From the NCBI RefSeq assembly GCF_963676685.1, contig NC_092352.1, positions 10,292,001-10,356,000 of the forward strand: a stretch of DNA of 64,000 nt. The letters are read 5' to 3'. The notes beneath the pieces are model-generated. The model did no database searches. It had not been told where the DNA came from and saw nothing but the letters and a program-made list of their open reading frames with translations. A program made the translations under genes and the position numbers. Shown piece by piece: positions 1 to 12,799 of this stretch. The stretch comes from Mytilus edulis. Taxonomy: Eukaryota. The first letter of the stretch is position 1; every line of letters begins with the position of its first letter.

Positions 1-398
1 ATATGACTGTAAAAGAACCATCCATACACTAGTTCTGCCAACAATAATGAAAATAAAATATGATCCCACGCTACAAATATTAAAGAGGATCTTACAATTA
101 AAAGAGGGCTGCTTCATGCTCAATTCACCATTTTCTACAGAAGGAACTGCCTGTACCAATTAAGGTATACAACAGCTGTTATGTATTCGTTTAATGTGTT
201 ATGAAGTTGGGTTTTTTTAATTGGATAAGGGAATTTTCCTCGGAGTTGGGAATTTTTGTTACTTTACTTTTTTATCAATCATCATTCCTTTCAAGATAGT
301 TTTATAAGGGTTTCAAATCATTTATAATGTACTTCAAGACTTTCGAACAAAATTGTATGTAATACAAACCATCAGATACCAGGTTTATAATTTGTAAC

Positions 399-550
399 GA
401 CAGGCAAGCAAGTCCGTCTACATCATACTCCTTAGTGATAGGCAAGCAAGTCCGTCTACATCATACTCCTTAGTGACAGGCAAGCAAGTCCGTCTACATC
501 ATACTCCTTAGTGACAGGCAAGCAAGTCCGTCTACATCATACTCCTTAGT
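399..550. repeat. 38-bp tandem repeat, ~4 copies, derived from a degenerate hammerhead-ribozyme-type repeat core
   Basis: Unit caggcaagcaagtccgtctacatcatactccttagtga starts at 401, 439, 477 and 515. Its reverse complement resembles a minimal hammerhead layout (CTGATGA-stem-GAAA) with mutated core bases. Confidence 0.85.
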
Positions 551-1004
551 AACACTCGAATCAAAATAGTCAAAAAACAATCATGTTATCTACACAAACA
601 ACATTTGCAATACTTATACTAATCTTTTTCATAATCATACAATGTAAAATCCTTGTATCATACTAAGACTTTCCATTAATACTCTACATGACATGTATGC
701 ACATTTAATAGCCCTGCTTGCTCATGACCAACGATAATCAGTATTCACAAGAAAACAGTAATTCTTATATATGACGGGTTACTTGAAATAGATTATAAAC
801 ACATTACTTGTAGAATACCATTACCGTGTGTGTTTTGTTTGAATGTGTTGGTTTGCTTACGCATTGACCAAAACCACAATCTAGTTTTATTCAAATAATT
901 AAATTATCATCTTTACACTTATAAAAATTATCTAATCTTATATATGGTCTAGGTAATTACTGATTAAAATTTGAAAAAAGACAGCTGCATATTTTATTTT
1001 AAAT

Positions 1005-2371
1005 ATGGCAATGTCCCTACCACAAGAACAATGTCCCATACTATGTCAGTTATGTGAAGGGGATCCTAAAGTAAAATGGAAATGTCTGGATTGTAGCTTA
1101 TTACTGTGTAGTAACTGTAAAGATAATGTACATTCTAAATTCAAGTCTGAAAAGGAACATATAATTCTTGGCATAAAGGACGTGGGCCAAAAAGACAAGG
1201 AAGTGAGCCAACAATACAAAGACGTGAGTCAACAAGGCACGGAAGTGGGTCAACAATACAAAAACGTGAGTTAACAATGCACGGAAGTGGGTCAAGGATA
1301 CAAGGACGCGAGTGAACAAGGTACGGGAGCGGGTCAACACTACAAATACAGGAGTCAACAAGGCGCGGAAGTGGATCAGCAATATAAATACAAAAAACTG
1401 GGTCAACAAGGCAAAAAAGTGGGTCAGCTAGGCAAAAAAGCAAACAAACAAGACACAGCAATGATTTCAATCTCTGTTCCTCACAAGGCTGGAATAAACA
1501 CGTTTCGAACTAATTTTAAACTGGTATACATAAAAGAATACCAGACCAAAATGCTGTATATTAGATTTTTGGCTGTATCCAGTCCTTGGATCGTTCCTTA
1601 TGGATTGGTAATGGAAATAAGGATGCAGATTGCCATCCCATTACATCCCATACAGCATTACAAAGTATCAAACTTGTAGGAGATAAATTGAGGATAATAT
1701 CAAGTTATAAAATGGATGTATGGGATATAGCTGTTACACTTACCAATGATATTCTACTGGCGACAAGCGAACCAGGATTGAAGCAGATCGAGGCTCGATC
1801 TAATAAAGTGACAGATTCTGTATACTGTGAGGACATAAATAATCTGTCGAGTGTGCATGAGACAAAAGATGGAAAAGTGGTTGTTGGTGGACAGAAATGG
1901 GTTACTGCTATGGATACAAGTGGAAACTATCTAACAATATATACAAATGATATGAACAATAAACGTTTGTTTGATGGAGCTATTCGGTCAATAACCAGTA
2001 CCCGGAATGGTGAAATTTTTGTGGTACAGAATTTCCCTTTTTCACGAGTATTTGTACTAAAGAATGAAGATGTCATCAGCATCTATACCGGACATCCTTC
2101 AGTCAACAAGTTTGATCCCACGTCAGTGGTAACCACACCTCTAGACAATGTTATTGTGGCTGAGCAATGCAATTATAAACTACACATACTGGACAACAAT
2201 GGTCATCTACTGACCATCTACAATACCAAGGTCATAGGTTCGGAATATCCATCATCCCCTCGCCATTTCCATGGAAGGACTTTCTGCAGTATTATATATA
2301 GGATGCCATTCACATGAAATTATTTCTAAAACTGGAAAGCTACATACAAAATGAAAATTTTGGGATGTTAA
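1005..2371 (+). pseudogene. Intronless TRIM-like B-box + NHL/beta-propeller gene, disrupted
   Basis: N-terminal B-box (CQLCE..WKCLDCSLLLCSNCKDNVH..H) and NHL-like repeats (PTSVVTTPLDNVIVAEQ..LHILDNNG). In-frame TAA at 1272-1274 (CAA>TAA inside a 21-bp repeat) and frameshifts near 1580, 2255 and 2343. The reconstructed C-terminus is LYKMKILGC* with the stop at 2369-2371. Confidence 0.75.
1176..1440 (+). repeat. Degenerate 21-bp (7-aa) tandem repeat inside the TRIM-like ORF
   Basis: Peptide repeats KDVGQKD/KEVSQQY/KDVSQQG/TEVGQQY..., about 12 units. Confidence 0.8.
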
Positions 2372-2899
2372 ACCAATTGCCTTTAATCCATTTTGAAATT
2401 AAAACATATAAAAATATGTGAACTGTAAATTTAACAAACAAAGGAAAATACAAAATCAATCTGATCTTGTTGTATAAAGTTCGCAGCTTATAGATGTAAC
2501 AAATTACATAGATATATATATAGTTATCAGTAAATGTATTAGAAAGTATTCTCTCATTCTTTTAATATTGTTTCTATATTTATTTATACTTTAAAGTACC
2601 CTCTACCTCTAGTTAATTAAAAAAATATGTAACATGAAAAACATGCCGGGCACAATTCATTAACAACATGTACAAGAAAAAAGAAAACAAAAAATACCGA
2701 GCTCCGAGGAAAATTCAAAACGGAAAGTCCCTAATAAAATGATAAAATCAAAAGCTCAAACACATTGTATAAACGAATGGATTGCAATTGTCATTTCCTG
2801 ACTTAATACAGGCATTAGTTGATTTACTAATATATAACGAATACAGCAACTATCTGAAGATATGAAGATGTGGTATCATTGCAAATGAGATAGCTCTAC

Positions 2900-2932
2900 C
2901 AGAGACATATAATACATAATTATATGTCTCTG
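2900..2932. mobile_element. 33-bp palindromic micro-insertion with 7-bp direct flanks
   Basis: cagagacatataat...attatatgtctctg flanked by gctctac at 2893-2899 and 2933-2939. Confidence 0.5.
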
Positions 2933-3389
2933 GCTCTACCAAAGACCAAATGATGAAAACTGAAACGCTACAACTCATCATATAAAATCGTTCCCTTCCG
3001 TGGAGGTCAAAAACACTTTGACGAATATTTTCCTTGAAATTGAAAATTTTTTAAATTTAAAAGCATCGGAAAACAGGAGGTGGCTGCACGATAGACGTAA
3101 AAATTTTACGCAGCATATTAAATTTGTAAATGACTCCATAATGGGAGATGTATAGCTTCGGCAGGTGCGCAAACTTTCTTGATCTGGATTGAAACCAGTA
3201 ACAGGAGCTGGTAACTCACAACAAAGGTTTCGTCTTCAACAAAATTTGTTCACTGGGACATTGAAACGAAATTTCTCAAACAACTTCTAAACTTCAATAT
3301 GTCTGCAAAACTTTTCTTAAGTTTTTAGGTCGAAAACTGAATAAGGAATTGATTGCACAAACGTGAATTGTCTTTTGCAATTCATTTGA

Positions 3390-3530
3390 CATTTCAAGTT
3401 TCAATAGATTGGTTCATCAAATAATGTATCGGTTTGGCCAGCGTTTTGGGCCATCTTTGATGAATCTGGTTTAAATGTGTTTTATACCTGTACTTGTATT
3501 CAAATTTAAACTATCAAGTTTAAAAAAAAG
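3390..3530 (-). mobile_element. Degenerate CR1/L2-type LINE ORF2 fragment
   Basis: Minus-strand conceptual translation across frameshifts (LNLNTSTG..TRFIKDG / KTLAKPIHYLMNQSIET) resembles the pre-RT region of CR1-group LINEs. Confidence 0.4.
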
Positions 3531-3959
3531 GGATTCTTGATCTACATGTGTTACATCAAACTGGCAATTGGTATTACGTAGTTACTTTATTGTAGAATTG
3601 AAGTCAAATAGTCTTTCTTTTCATTTATCAATCTTTCATAAATCCACTTATCTAAACATTAGGATGATATGTCGATGACCTAGATCGATATGAATTTTCA
3701 ACGGTTTTTACTACTATAGCTTTAGTCAAAATGCAAAATCATATCATCGTCGGTACTATGATGCAGCAAATTTTCAAGCTAGTTTTACATTTTTATGATC
3801 TTATGTTATATTTCATTTCATTTCTATCTGTATAACATTCAAGACAGTCCCTTAAACTTGGGATACGTGATTTTTTTAATTCAAATCTGTGTTCTTGCTC
3901 ATAATCAGATGTGGATACTTACAAAATTCCAAAGATCCTTTATTTATATATATACTAAT

Positions 3960-4635
3960 ACTCTTTCGTCGTACAAAAGTCTTAACACATCTGAATTTTC
4001 TACACTTTACAAAAATATTTCCCATTCCAGCCCCAAAGACAAATTGAAAGTGTTCGTCCTGCTTTGTTTCATAAAAAAAGAATTGCCATTGTACTAACAA
4101 GTATCGTTTCTTCATGAGTGATAAATCCTACTTTGTAAAATTAATTCCGATTCAAACAAAAATTCTCGGAAACCGACATTTTCAATATGCCAGATTTCTT
4201 AATTGACAACATTTTTGTTACGTTTAGATGGTAGTTTTTTTTAACAAACAATCGGCATTCTCACGAGAACTATCTCTTCATGCCGGATCGTTCCTTCATT
4301 CACATGAGACTTATTTCATACAGCTCTGAGAAACTTCTTAGGAATAAAGAAAAGAAGTTAGCAGTATCCTTTTAACTTCACATTTAGCTTTATATATGAT
4401 GTTCTCTCACTTTATGTTTAAAATTTGGTGACTGTTAAATGCATCCAATAATGCAAAACTAAAAAGTAAGATAATGCTAACTTCTTTCATTCTTTTTACG
4501 AAGCTCCTTAAGGAAGTCAGCCTAATATAAATAAAAGTACCAGTCTGCCAGAAGCGAAGTATATTTGACTCCAATAGGAATACCGATTGTTTGGTGAAGA
4601 AAAAATCCCCAACGTAACAAATATGTTGTCAATCA
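3960..4635 (+). mobile_element. Penelope-like element reverse-transcriptase relic, with an inverted partial copy at ~4470-4635
   Basis: Decayed PLE RT motifs: EFSTLYKNISHS..KDKLK..LCFIKK; FLIDNIFVTF; QTIGI; KKLAVSFNFTFSFIYDVLSL. 4470-4635 is a reverse-complement copy of part of this segment. Confidence 0.65.
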
Positions 4636-4636
4636 C

Positions 4637-7600
4637 AGCTTATCTTGAGGTTTTGTTCATTTGATTACAATTGTCTAGCTTATCTTGAGGTTTTGTACGT
4701 TTGATTACAATTGTCTAGCTTATCTTGAGGTTTTGTTCATTTGATTACAATTGTCCAGCTTATCCTGAGGTTTTGTTCATTTGATTACAATTGTCCAGCT
4801 TATCTTGAGGTTTTGTTCATTTGATTACAATTGTCCAGCTTATCTTGAGGTTTTGTACATTTGATTACAATTGTCTAGCTTATCTTGAGGTTTTGTGTAT
4901 TTGATTACAATTGTCCAGCTTGAGGTTTTGTACATTTGATTACAATTGTCCAGCTTATCTTGAGGTTTTGTTCATTTGATTACAATTGTCCAGCTTATCT
5001 TGAGGTTTTGTTCATTTGATTACAATTGTCCAGCTTATCTTGAGGTTTTGTTCATTTGATTACAATTGTCCAGCTTATCTTGAGGTTTTGTACATTTGAT
5101 TACAATTGTCTAGCTTATCTTGAGGTTTTGTTCATTTGATTACAATTGTCTAGCTTATCTTGAGGTTTTGTTCATTTGATTACAATTGTCTAGCTTATCT
5201 TGAGGTTTTGTACATTTGATTACAATTGTCCAGCTTATCTTGAGGTTTTGTACATTTGATTACAATTGTCCAGCTTATCTTGAGGTTTTGTTCATTTGAT
5301 TACAATTGTCCAGCTTATCTTGAAGTTTTGTTCATTTGATTACAATTGTCCAGCTTATCTTGATGTTTTGTTCATTTGATTACAATTGTCTAGCTTATCT
5401 TGAGGTTTTGTACATTTGATTACAATTGTCTATCTTATCTTGAGGTTTTGTTCATTTGATTACAATTGTCCAACTTATCTTGAGGTTTTGTACATTTGAT
5501 TACAATTGTCCAACTTATCTTGAGGTTTTGTTCATTTGATTACAATTGTTCAGCTTATCTTGAGGTTTTATACATTTGATTACAATTGTCCAGCTTATCT
5601 TGAGGTTTTGTTCATTTGATTACAATTGTCCAGCTTATCTTGAGGTTTTGTACATTTGATTACAATTGTCTAGCTTATCTTGAGGTTTTGTGTATTTGAT
5701 TACAATTGTCCAGCTTGAGGTTTTGTACATTTGATTACAATTGTCCAGCTTATCTTGAGGTTTTGTTCATTTGATTACAATTGTCCAGCTTATCTTGAGG
5801 TTTTGTTCATTTGATTACAATTGTCCAGCTTATCTTGAGGTTTTGTTCATTTGATTACAATTGTCCAGCTTATCTTGAGGTTTTGTACATTTGATTACAA
5901 TTGTCTAGCTTATCTTGAGGTTTTGTTCATTTGATTACAATTGTCTAGCTTATCTTGAGGTTTTGTTCATTTGATTACAATTGTCTAGCTTATCTTGAGG
6001 TTTTGTACATTTGATTACAATTGTCCAGCTTATCTTGAGGTTTTGTACATTTGATTACAATTGTCCAGCTTATCTTGAGGTTTTGTTCATTTGATTACAA
6101 TTGTCCAGCTTATCTTGAAGTTTTGTTCATTTGATTACAATTGTCCAGCTTATCTTGATGTTTTGTTCATTTGATTACAATTGTCCAGCTTATCTTGATG
6201 TTTTGTTCATTTGATTACAATTGTCTAGCTTATCTTGAGGTTTTGTACATTTGATTACAATTGTCTATCTTATCTTGAGGTTTTGTTCATTTGATTACAA
6301 TTGTCCAGCTTATCTTGAGGTTTTATACATTTGATTACAATTGTCCAGCTTATCTTGAGGTTTTGTTCATTTGATTACAATTGTCCAGCTTATCTTGAGG
6401 TTTTGTTCATTTGATTACAATTGTCCAGCTTATCTTGAGGTTTTGTTCATTTGATTACAATTGTCCAGCTTATCTTGAGGTTTTGTACATTTGATTACAA
6501 TTGTCCAGCTTATCTTGAGGTTTTGTACATTTGATTACAATTGTCTAGCTTATCTTGAGGTTTTGTTCATTTGATTACAATTGTCCAGCTTATCCTGAGG
6601 TTTTGTACATTTGATTACAATTGTCCAGCTTATCTTGAGGTTTTGTTCATTTGATTACAATTGTCCAGCTTATCTTGAGGTTTTGTTCATTTGATTACAA
6701 TTGTCCAGCTTATCTTGAGGTTTTGTTCATTTGATTACAATTGTCTAGCTTATCTTGAGGTTTTGTTCATTTGATTACAATTGTCTAGCTTATCTTGAGG
6801 TTTTGTTCATTTGATTACAATTGTCCACCTTATCTTGAGGTTTTGTTCATTTGATTACAATTGTCCACCTTATCTTGAGGTTTTGTACATCTGATTACAA
6901 TTGTCTAGCTTATCTTGAGGTTTTGTTCATCTGATTACAATTGTCTAGCTTATCTTGAGGTTTTGTTCATTTGATTACAATTGTCCAGCTTATCTTGAGG
7001 TTTTGTTCATTTGATTACAATTGTCCAGCTTATCTTGAGGTTTTGTTCATTTGATTACAATTGTCCAGCTTGTCTTGAGGTTTTGTTCATTTGATTACAA
7101 TTGTCTAGCTTATCTTGAGGTTTTGTACATTTGATTACAATTGTCTAGCTTATCTTGAGGTTTTGTTCATTTGATTACAATTGTCCAGCTTATCCTGAGG
7201 TTTTGTACATTTGATTACAATTGTCCAGCTTATCTTGAGGTTTTGTTCATTTGATTACAATTGTCCAGCTTATCTTGAGGTTTTGTTCATTTGATTACAA
7301 TTGTCCAGCTTATCTTGAGGTTTTGTTCATTTGATTACAATTGTCCAGCTTATCTTGAGGTTTTGTTCATTTGATTACAATTGTCTAGCTTATCTTGAGG
7401 TTTTGTTCATTTGATTACAATTGTCTAGCTTATCTTGAGGTTTTGTTCATTTGATTACAATTGTCCACCTTATCTTGAGGTTTTGTTCATTTGATTACAA
7501 TTGTCCACCTTATCTTGAGGTTTTGTACATCTGATTACAATTGTCTAGCTTATCTTGAGGTTTTGTTCATCTGATTACAATTGTCTAGCTTATCTTGAGG

Positions 7601-7934
7601 TTTTGTTCATTTGATTACAATTGTCCAGCTTATCTTGAGGTTTTGTTCATTTGATTACAATTGTCCAGCTTATCTTGAGGTTTTGTTCATTTGATTACAA
7701 TTGTCCAGATTGTCTTGAGGTTTTGTTCATTTGATTACAATTGTCTAGCTTATCTTGAGGTTTTGTACATTTGATTACAATTGTCTAGCTTATCTTGAGG
7801 TTTTGTTCATTTGATTACAATTGTCTAGCTTATCTTGAGGTTTTGTTCATTTGATTACAATTGTCTAGCTTATCTTGAGGTTTTGTTCATTTGATTTCAA
7901 TTGTCCAACTTATCTTGAGGTTTTGTACATTTGA
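4637..7934. repeat. 40-bp satellite array, ~82 copies
   Basis: Unit agcttatcttgaggttttgttcatttgattacaattgtcc repeats with few substitutions. A degenerate terminal copy follows at ~7935-7970. Confidence 0.97.
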
Positions 7935-8113
7935 GATCATTTGATATCAATTGACCAGCTAATCTTGAGAAGGTTTATTCAAAACAATGCAATCATATAT
8001 CTTTTATGTCACCACTTATTTCCAATCTGAACTGGTACTGTCCTTAATGTTGACTTCAGACGTTAATGTATAATCACAGATAAAATCACAATTTGTTACT
8101 ATATCTGTATAAT

Positions 8114-8119
8114 TTTATT
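8114..8119 (-). promoter_or_regulatory. Candidate polyadenylation signal of MOSMO
   Basis: AATAAA on the minus strand ~500 nt downstream of the stop codon. Position only; no transcript evidence. Confidence 0.3.
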
Positions 8120-8617
8120 ACTTCAATGCTATTCGTACACAACAAAATCAAATTTAATTGAATGATGTCTATTGCACATCTCCCGTAAAGTCAAGATTAT
8201 TTTCTCATTAATTTCATTTTTAAAAGTAGCATTTTTGATTATATAACTAGAGAATACATGTACATATATTAAATGCATTTCAATATTACAATTCTACTTG
8301 ATCTATATACAAAATAATTATACATTGTATTCAAACATGACAATCTGATTGTTCACATATATAGGGAATAGCATGTCGCTAATCTGTTCTGATGCTGATT
8401 GCCGTTCATAAACAGTTTAACTATAAACTTTAACTTCTGGATTTTTTTTCAACTGCTCATGTGCTCTACCAAGTGTATTCCAGTCCTGCTGATTGACACA
8501 CTCTTAAGAAGGGATCTTGGAAAATTACACCAATTATTATTTTTTTTAACCATGTACATGATGTAAAGATAGGCTTGCTTTTCTTTTGTTCATGCAACAA
8601 TGTTAGAAACATTAGTT

Positions 8618-10906
8618 CTAGAAATGTGGTAAGCAGACTTTACTGGCAAAAAGTTCTGATACAACAGTTATCCATAAAGCCAGAACAAAAAAGATATATG
8701 AGATTCCAACTTGGTAATTATTAGGCAACTGATACGGCTCTCCACCAATCTGATCCATATTAAATCCTATAGGAAATACTACTGCAGCTTTACAGAACAG
8801 AATCACTGAAAATATGAAGAAAAGCATATGTAAGGAACAGCATTTATGCAAGCTACTATATTGAAAATATGCATTCATAATAAAGCCTGACACATGGAAA
8901 AATAATAATAGAGCAGCTTTACCAAGAGACCTTGATTGTCAAAATGCTCATCTGGTACGGCAAAATTGGTACCATTCAATATGTATGTTATTTTTTTTAC
9001 AAAAAGTACTAATGACAAGAAGCCTAAGTCACTCACCTGATATATATTTATAATATCAACTAACGCCTAAAATTTTAGAATTTTAACTTTAATAAGAAGT
9101 ATTAAACTCTTTGACAAAGTTAGCTTCAGCCTTTGTTTTGCATTGATCTCTTAAAGTTTGAAATGTTTGTCCATACAGTTGTTTTCAAATCAAAATCAAA
9201 GATTGCCTCTGACAGCCATGTTTTTCATTTGATCAGAACCAAAATATTATTATTTGAAAGATTCCTGCTAAGTTTTGATATTACTGGTTAATTTTAACTA
9301 AGTCTAAACAAGAATGTGTCCCTAGTACATGGATGCCCCATCCACACTATCATTTTCTATGTTCAGTGGACTGTGAAAATAAGGTAAAATCTCTCATTTG
9401 GCATTAAAATTAGAAAGATTGGACTTCAACTTCATCAATAAATTCCTCGACCAAAAACTGTAACCTGAAGCAGGAGGAACGGACGAACAAACAGACACAC
9501 AGACCAGAAAAAATAATGCCCATAAATGGAGCATAAAAATTCAATCTAAAGACAATCACTAGTAAGGTTCCTGACTTAGGAAAGGCACATGAACATGTTA
9601 GTGTGCTGTATTCGCCAAGGAAACACTACTAGAATACTTACTGGCAGCAAATCCAAGCCATCTTGCATGTTTCATCACTCGATATTTCCAGTGAGATATA
9701 ATTAGTAATATTATGGTTGTTGTGACACACATTATACCAAGAATTATACAGATAAATGTCAGTATCCATTCAGCACGGATAGGGGAAGGTGTAAAACACA
9801 TCTCACTCTGCTGTTGTCCATACATTTCTAGACAGGATTTCAAAAGTCCAATATATGTTCGACCTACAATTAGAAAGATTACTACATTACCATTTTCATT
9901 ATTTACAAAAAGGATCTTTAACTACATTTTGTATCATAAAAGGTAAGTATTTTTTTCCTAACTAGTACTGATTTTAAGCCTACATGTACATGCCAAAGAA
10001 CATGCAAGTAACTTGCATGTGTGTCACAAATTGATATTTGGTTAAATCATACTTTTAAGTAAAATTTAACAAATATCTCTTGTTAATAGTAATATTAGTT
10101 CGGTTCCTATCTCGATAAATTTGAGCATACAGCTGATTGGTCATTTCTGACATCTCTCCTACAGGATACCAATCAAAATCCAGAATTCATGTACAGTTTT
10201 TAGTATAATAAGCATTCAGTCCCTCATAAGAAGGTGAGATCTATTACTTGGAGGGACTGAATTATTGAATGTAGGACAGAAAGTCACAGGACAAAAAGTC
10301 ACAATTCAGTTTTGTTTCGATGACATTTTTCTATTTTCTGAACCTATATATGGTATCTAACAGTTTAGATACCTAAAAGTACCTGTTGTGGTTTATTCGT
10401 TTAATAAACATAAGATAAGATAAGATAAGATAAGATAAGATAAGATAAGATAAGATAAGATAAGATAAGATAAGATAAGAAAACTTTATTTTGATTCGGC
10501 ATGAGTACAAATAAGCAACACAAGCTCTAAGGAGCTTTTGACCGAATATAAAAACATATAAATAACATAAAAACAGTGCATTTTGACATATAAAACAACC
10601 TGTAATACAAAGTTGAATCTCACATACATAGCATGCAATAAAAATAATCAACAAATTTAGAATGAAGTAAAAACATGCTTGACCAGAGCAACCAAAAGCA
10701 GCATAAATAATAAAACAGTTTAAGAATTATCTGCAAACACAACAGATAAACATTTGACATGCTATAATTTGACAGTTTCGAGTTGTGTTGTCATTATTTA
10801 TACCTCCGATATCTGAAACAATCCACCTTGGCATGGCCAAACTTGCCACTGCAAAGACATCAGCTGTAAAAAACAGTGCTCCAGATATTATACTTAATCG
10901 ATCCAT
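8618..10906 (-). CDS. MOSMO: Modulator of smoothened (MOSMO/C16orf52/Atthog), tetraspan membrane protein, 170 aa; exons 10906-10804, 9863-9642, 8805-8618
   Basis: Spliced protein MDRLSIISGALFFTADVFAVASLAMPRWIV..G|RTYIGLLKSC..EWILTFICIILG..SHWKYRVMKHARWLGFAA|MILFCKAAVVFPIGF..IGGEPYQLPNNYQVGISYIFFVL..FASKVCLPHF matches the MOSMO family. GT-AG introns, both phase 1; 513 nt in total. Confidence 0.93.
9306..9540. mobile_element. Internally deleted non-autonomous Helentron-like element in MOSMO intron 2
   Basis: aacaagaatgtgtcc start, gacggacg/acagac microsatellite-like tract, and short terminal hairpin (atgccc..ggagcat) before aaaa. Confidence 0.45.
10410..10480. repeat. (ATAAG)n microsatellite, ~14 copies, in MOSMO intron 1
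   Basis: Directly visible. Confidence 0.95.
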
Positions 10907-12515
10907 CGATTCTTGTAATAATTGTCACCAATTTAGTCATTCATTTCGGTTTATTTTGGAAAGTTTATTCATTATGGGATTAACTGGTCTCCTCATGAAT
11001 TTCTTATATAATCCAGTGGTTTTTACCTAAAACCGTAACTGATTGCCCCGATATTAAAATCTGACCGAAAACCAAATTTCTATATAAACCTGCTACGTAT
11101 TATCAGAAATAAATACAGCTCTTTTTTTCATCATCAAGTAAACAAAGTAAAAATCTTTATAAAAATGCCAATATTTTGATAAAGTTGATAAAAAAAATCA
11201 ATTGAATTTATCTTTTTAAAATAAAATAAAAGTATTCAAACTTGGAGTATTTCAAAAATTGAGACTATCACAGTTACCTATGAAATGAGTAAATATATAA
11301 AAACAATACTACACGTTATGAATAAATAGTTTGCAAATTATAATTTCATAAAAAGTGTCTTCTCCTTCGAAAAAAAATAAATCTATTCAATGTATGAGCT
11401 AGAAAAATGTTTATGTATTTACAATTCGTATAGCGCAATATATATATAGTCTCTGTGTTTATTCTGTCAAAGCCATCAATGATGAGTTCTATAGTGCTTT
11501 TTTTTTTTAAAGTTCGCATCGGATGTCTATATATAAACTACAAACATTAAAAATTGTATTTCGTGTGCTACAGAGTTTGTAATTACAAAATTAACAGTCT
11601 ATCATTTAATGGTACATGTATCTGCCGCTGTCTGGAATATCGCCCCGTCCCATATCAGCTTACGGTAGTTCCCCGCTCATAGATAATTCCCATTGTACGT
11701 CTAACAGTTCGTGGAAGGTGGTGTGTAATGTAGTGTTCGGTTTCTATCGTCAACTATATAATCGGTATGTTCTTAATTGATTGTCATTCGCTTTGTTTTT
11801 TTTTTGTTGTTTTGTTTTTTTTTTATCTTTGTTCAGATATTGCAAAAGATGGTTTTAATCTAGATTGAGTAATTTGTCGTAGATAATGCGTGTTGCTGTT
11901 TTCATACTCAAGCCAACGGTATTGCCCGTACCAGATACGTGATAGTTCGTCTATACATTTGATTAGTTGTGAATGTCAGCCCGGCTTTTCTACTACGCGA
12001 TGCCCAATTTGCCATTTTTTAAATCAGCCTAATATCATCTGTCCGGGCGAATTTGCATTTTAGTCGTATGCCGGCCATGCTAGTTTTTGCTAAGTATGAC
12101 AAGAAGTTAGTCCTAGATCGATACGCACAGACGAATTTGTTCTTTTTCTCCGTTACTGCATGGAAACATTTGGCTGCTTTAGTCGGAACAATGCTTATTA
12201 CATTTTTAAATTTGTAAGATTTTCAGTGTTCCCCAAATACCACTGCTTATAATATGAAATAGGTTTAGTTTAAACATATTTTATTTGTTAAAGTACAAAA
12301 TGGATAAGACACAAGTCAAACAGACTTATGAAGTCTTCTCCATTTAACATTTATAGCAATATAATACAAAAATGTATGTATGAGCATGCATGTATAGAAT
12401 GGTATATCTATTTAGTAAATATATATATAAATATGGATCAAAAGACGGAAAATTGAAGAAAAAGAAAACAATAATAATACAGAAAAAAAATCAAAAATAA
12501 AAATATATAAATCAT

Positions 12516-12649
12516 NNNNNNNNNNNNNNNNNNNNNNNNNNNNNNNNNNNNNNNNNNNNNNNNNNNNNNNNNNNNNNNNNNNNNNNNNNNNNNNNNNNNN
12601 NNNNNNNNNNNNNNNNNNNNNNNNNNNNNNNNNNNNNNNNNNNNNNNNN
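12516..12649. other. Assembly gap (134 N)
   Basis: Run of n. Confidence 0.99.
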
Positions 12650-12799
12650 AAAGGGGAGAAGAAATTTTACTTAGATGATGATGTGTGTGCGATCATGGTT
12701 TGCTACCTAGACAATTTGAAATCTTTCCGAACTTTTAATAAACTCAAAGACATTTTTGAAAATGGTTTGGTTTTGCTCTAGAGAAAGAAGACAAGATGA

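Noticed and set aside
1272-1274. Possible programmed stop-codon readthrough in the TRIM-like gene
   Set aside because: TAA is a simple C>T change of a repeat CAA codon, and three further frameshifts follow; decay is more parsimonious.
1101-1470. Minus-strand repetitive ORFs
   Set aside because: Antisense readings of the 21-bp repeat in the TRIM-like pseudogene.
4637-7934. Regular 40-bp repeats as a possible CRISPR array
   Set aside because: Head-to-tail units with no unique spacers, eukaryotic context, and no cas genes.
10785-11030. 81-aa + strand ORF
   Set aside because: Antisense shadow of MOSMO exon 1.
11600-12200. Slightly GC-richer stretch upstream of MOSMO
   Set aside because: The frames I translated gave no open frame or motif, and I could not assign it.
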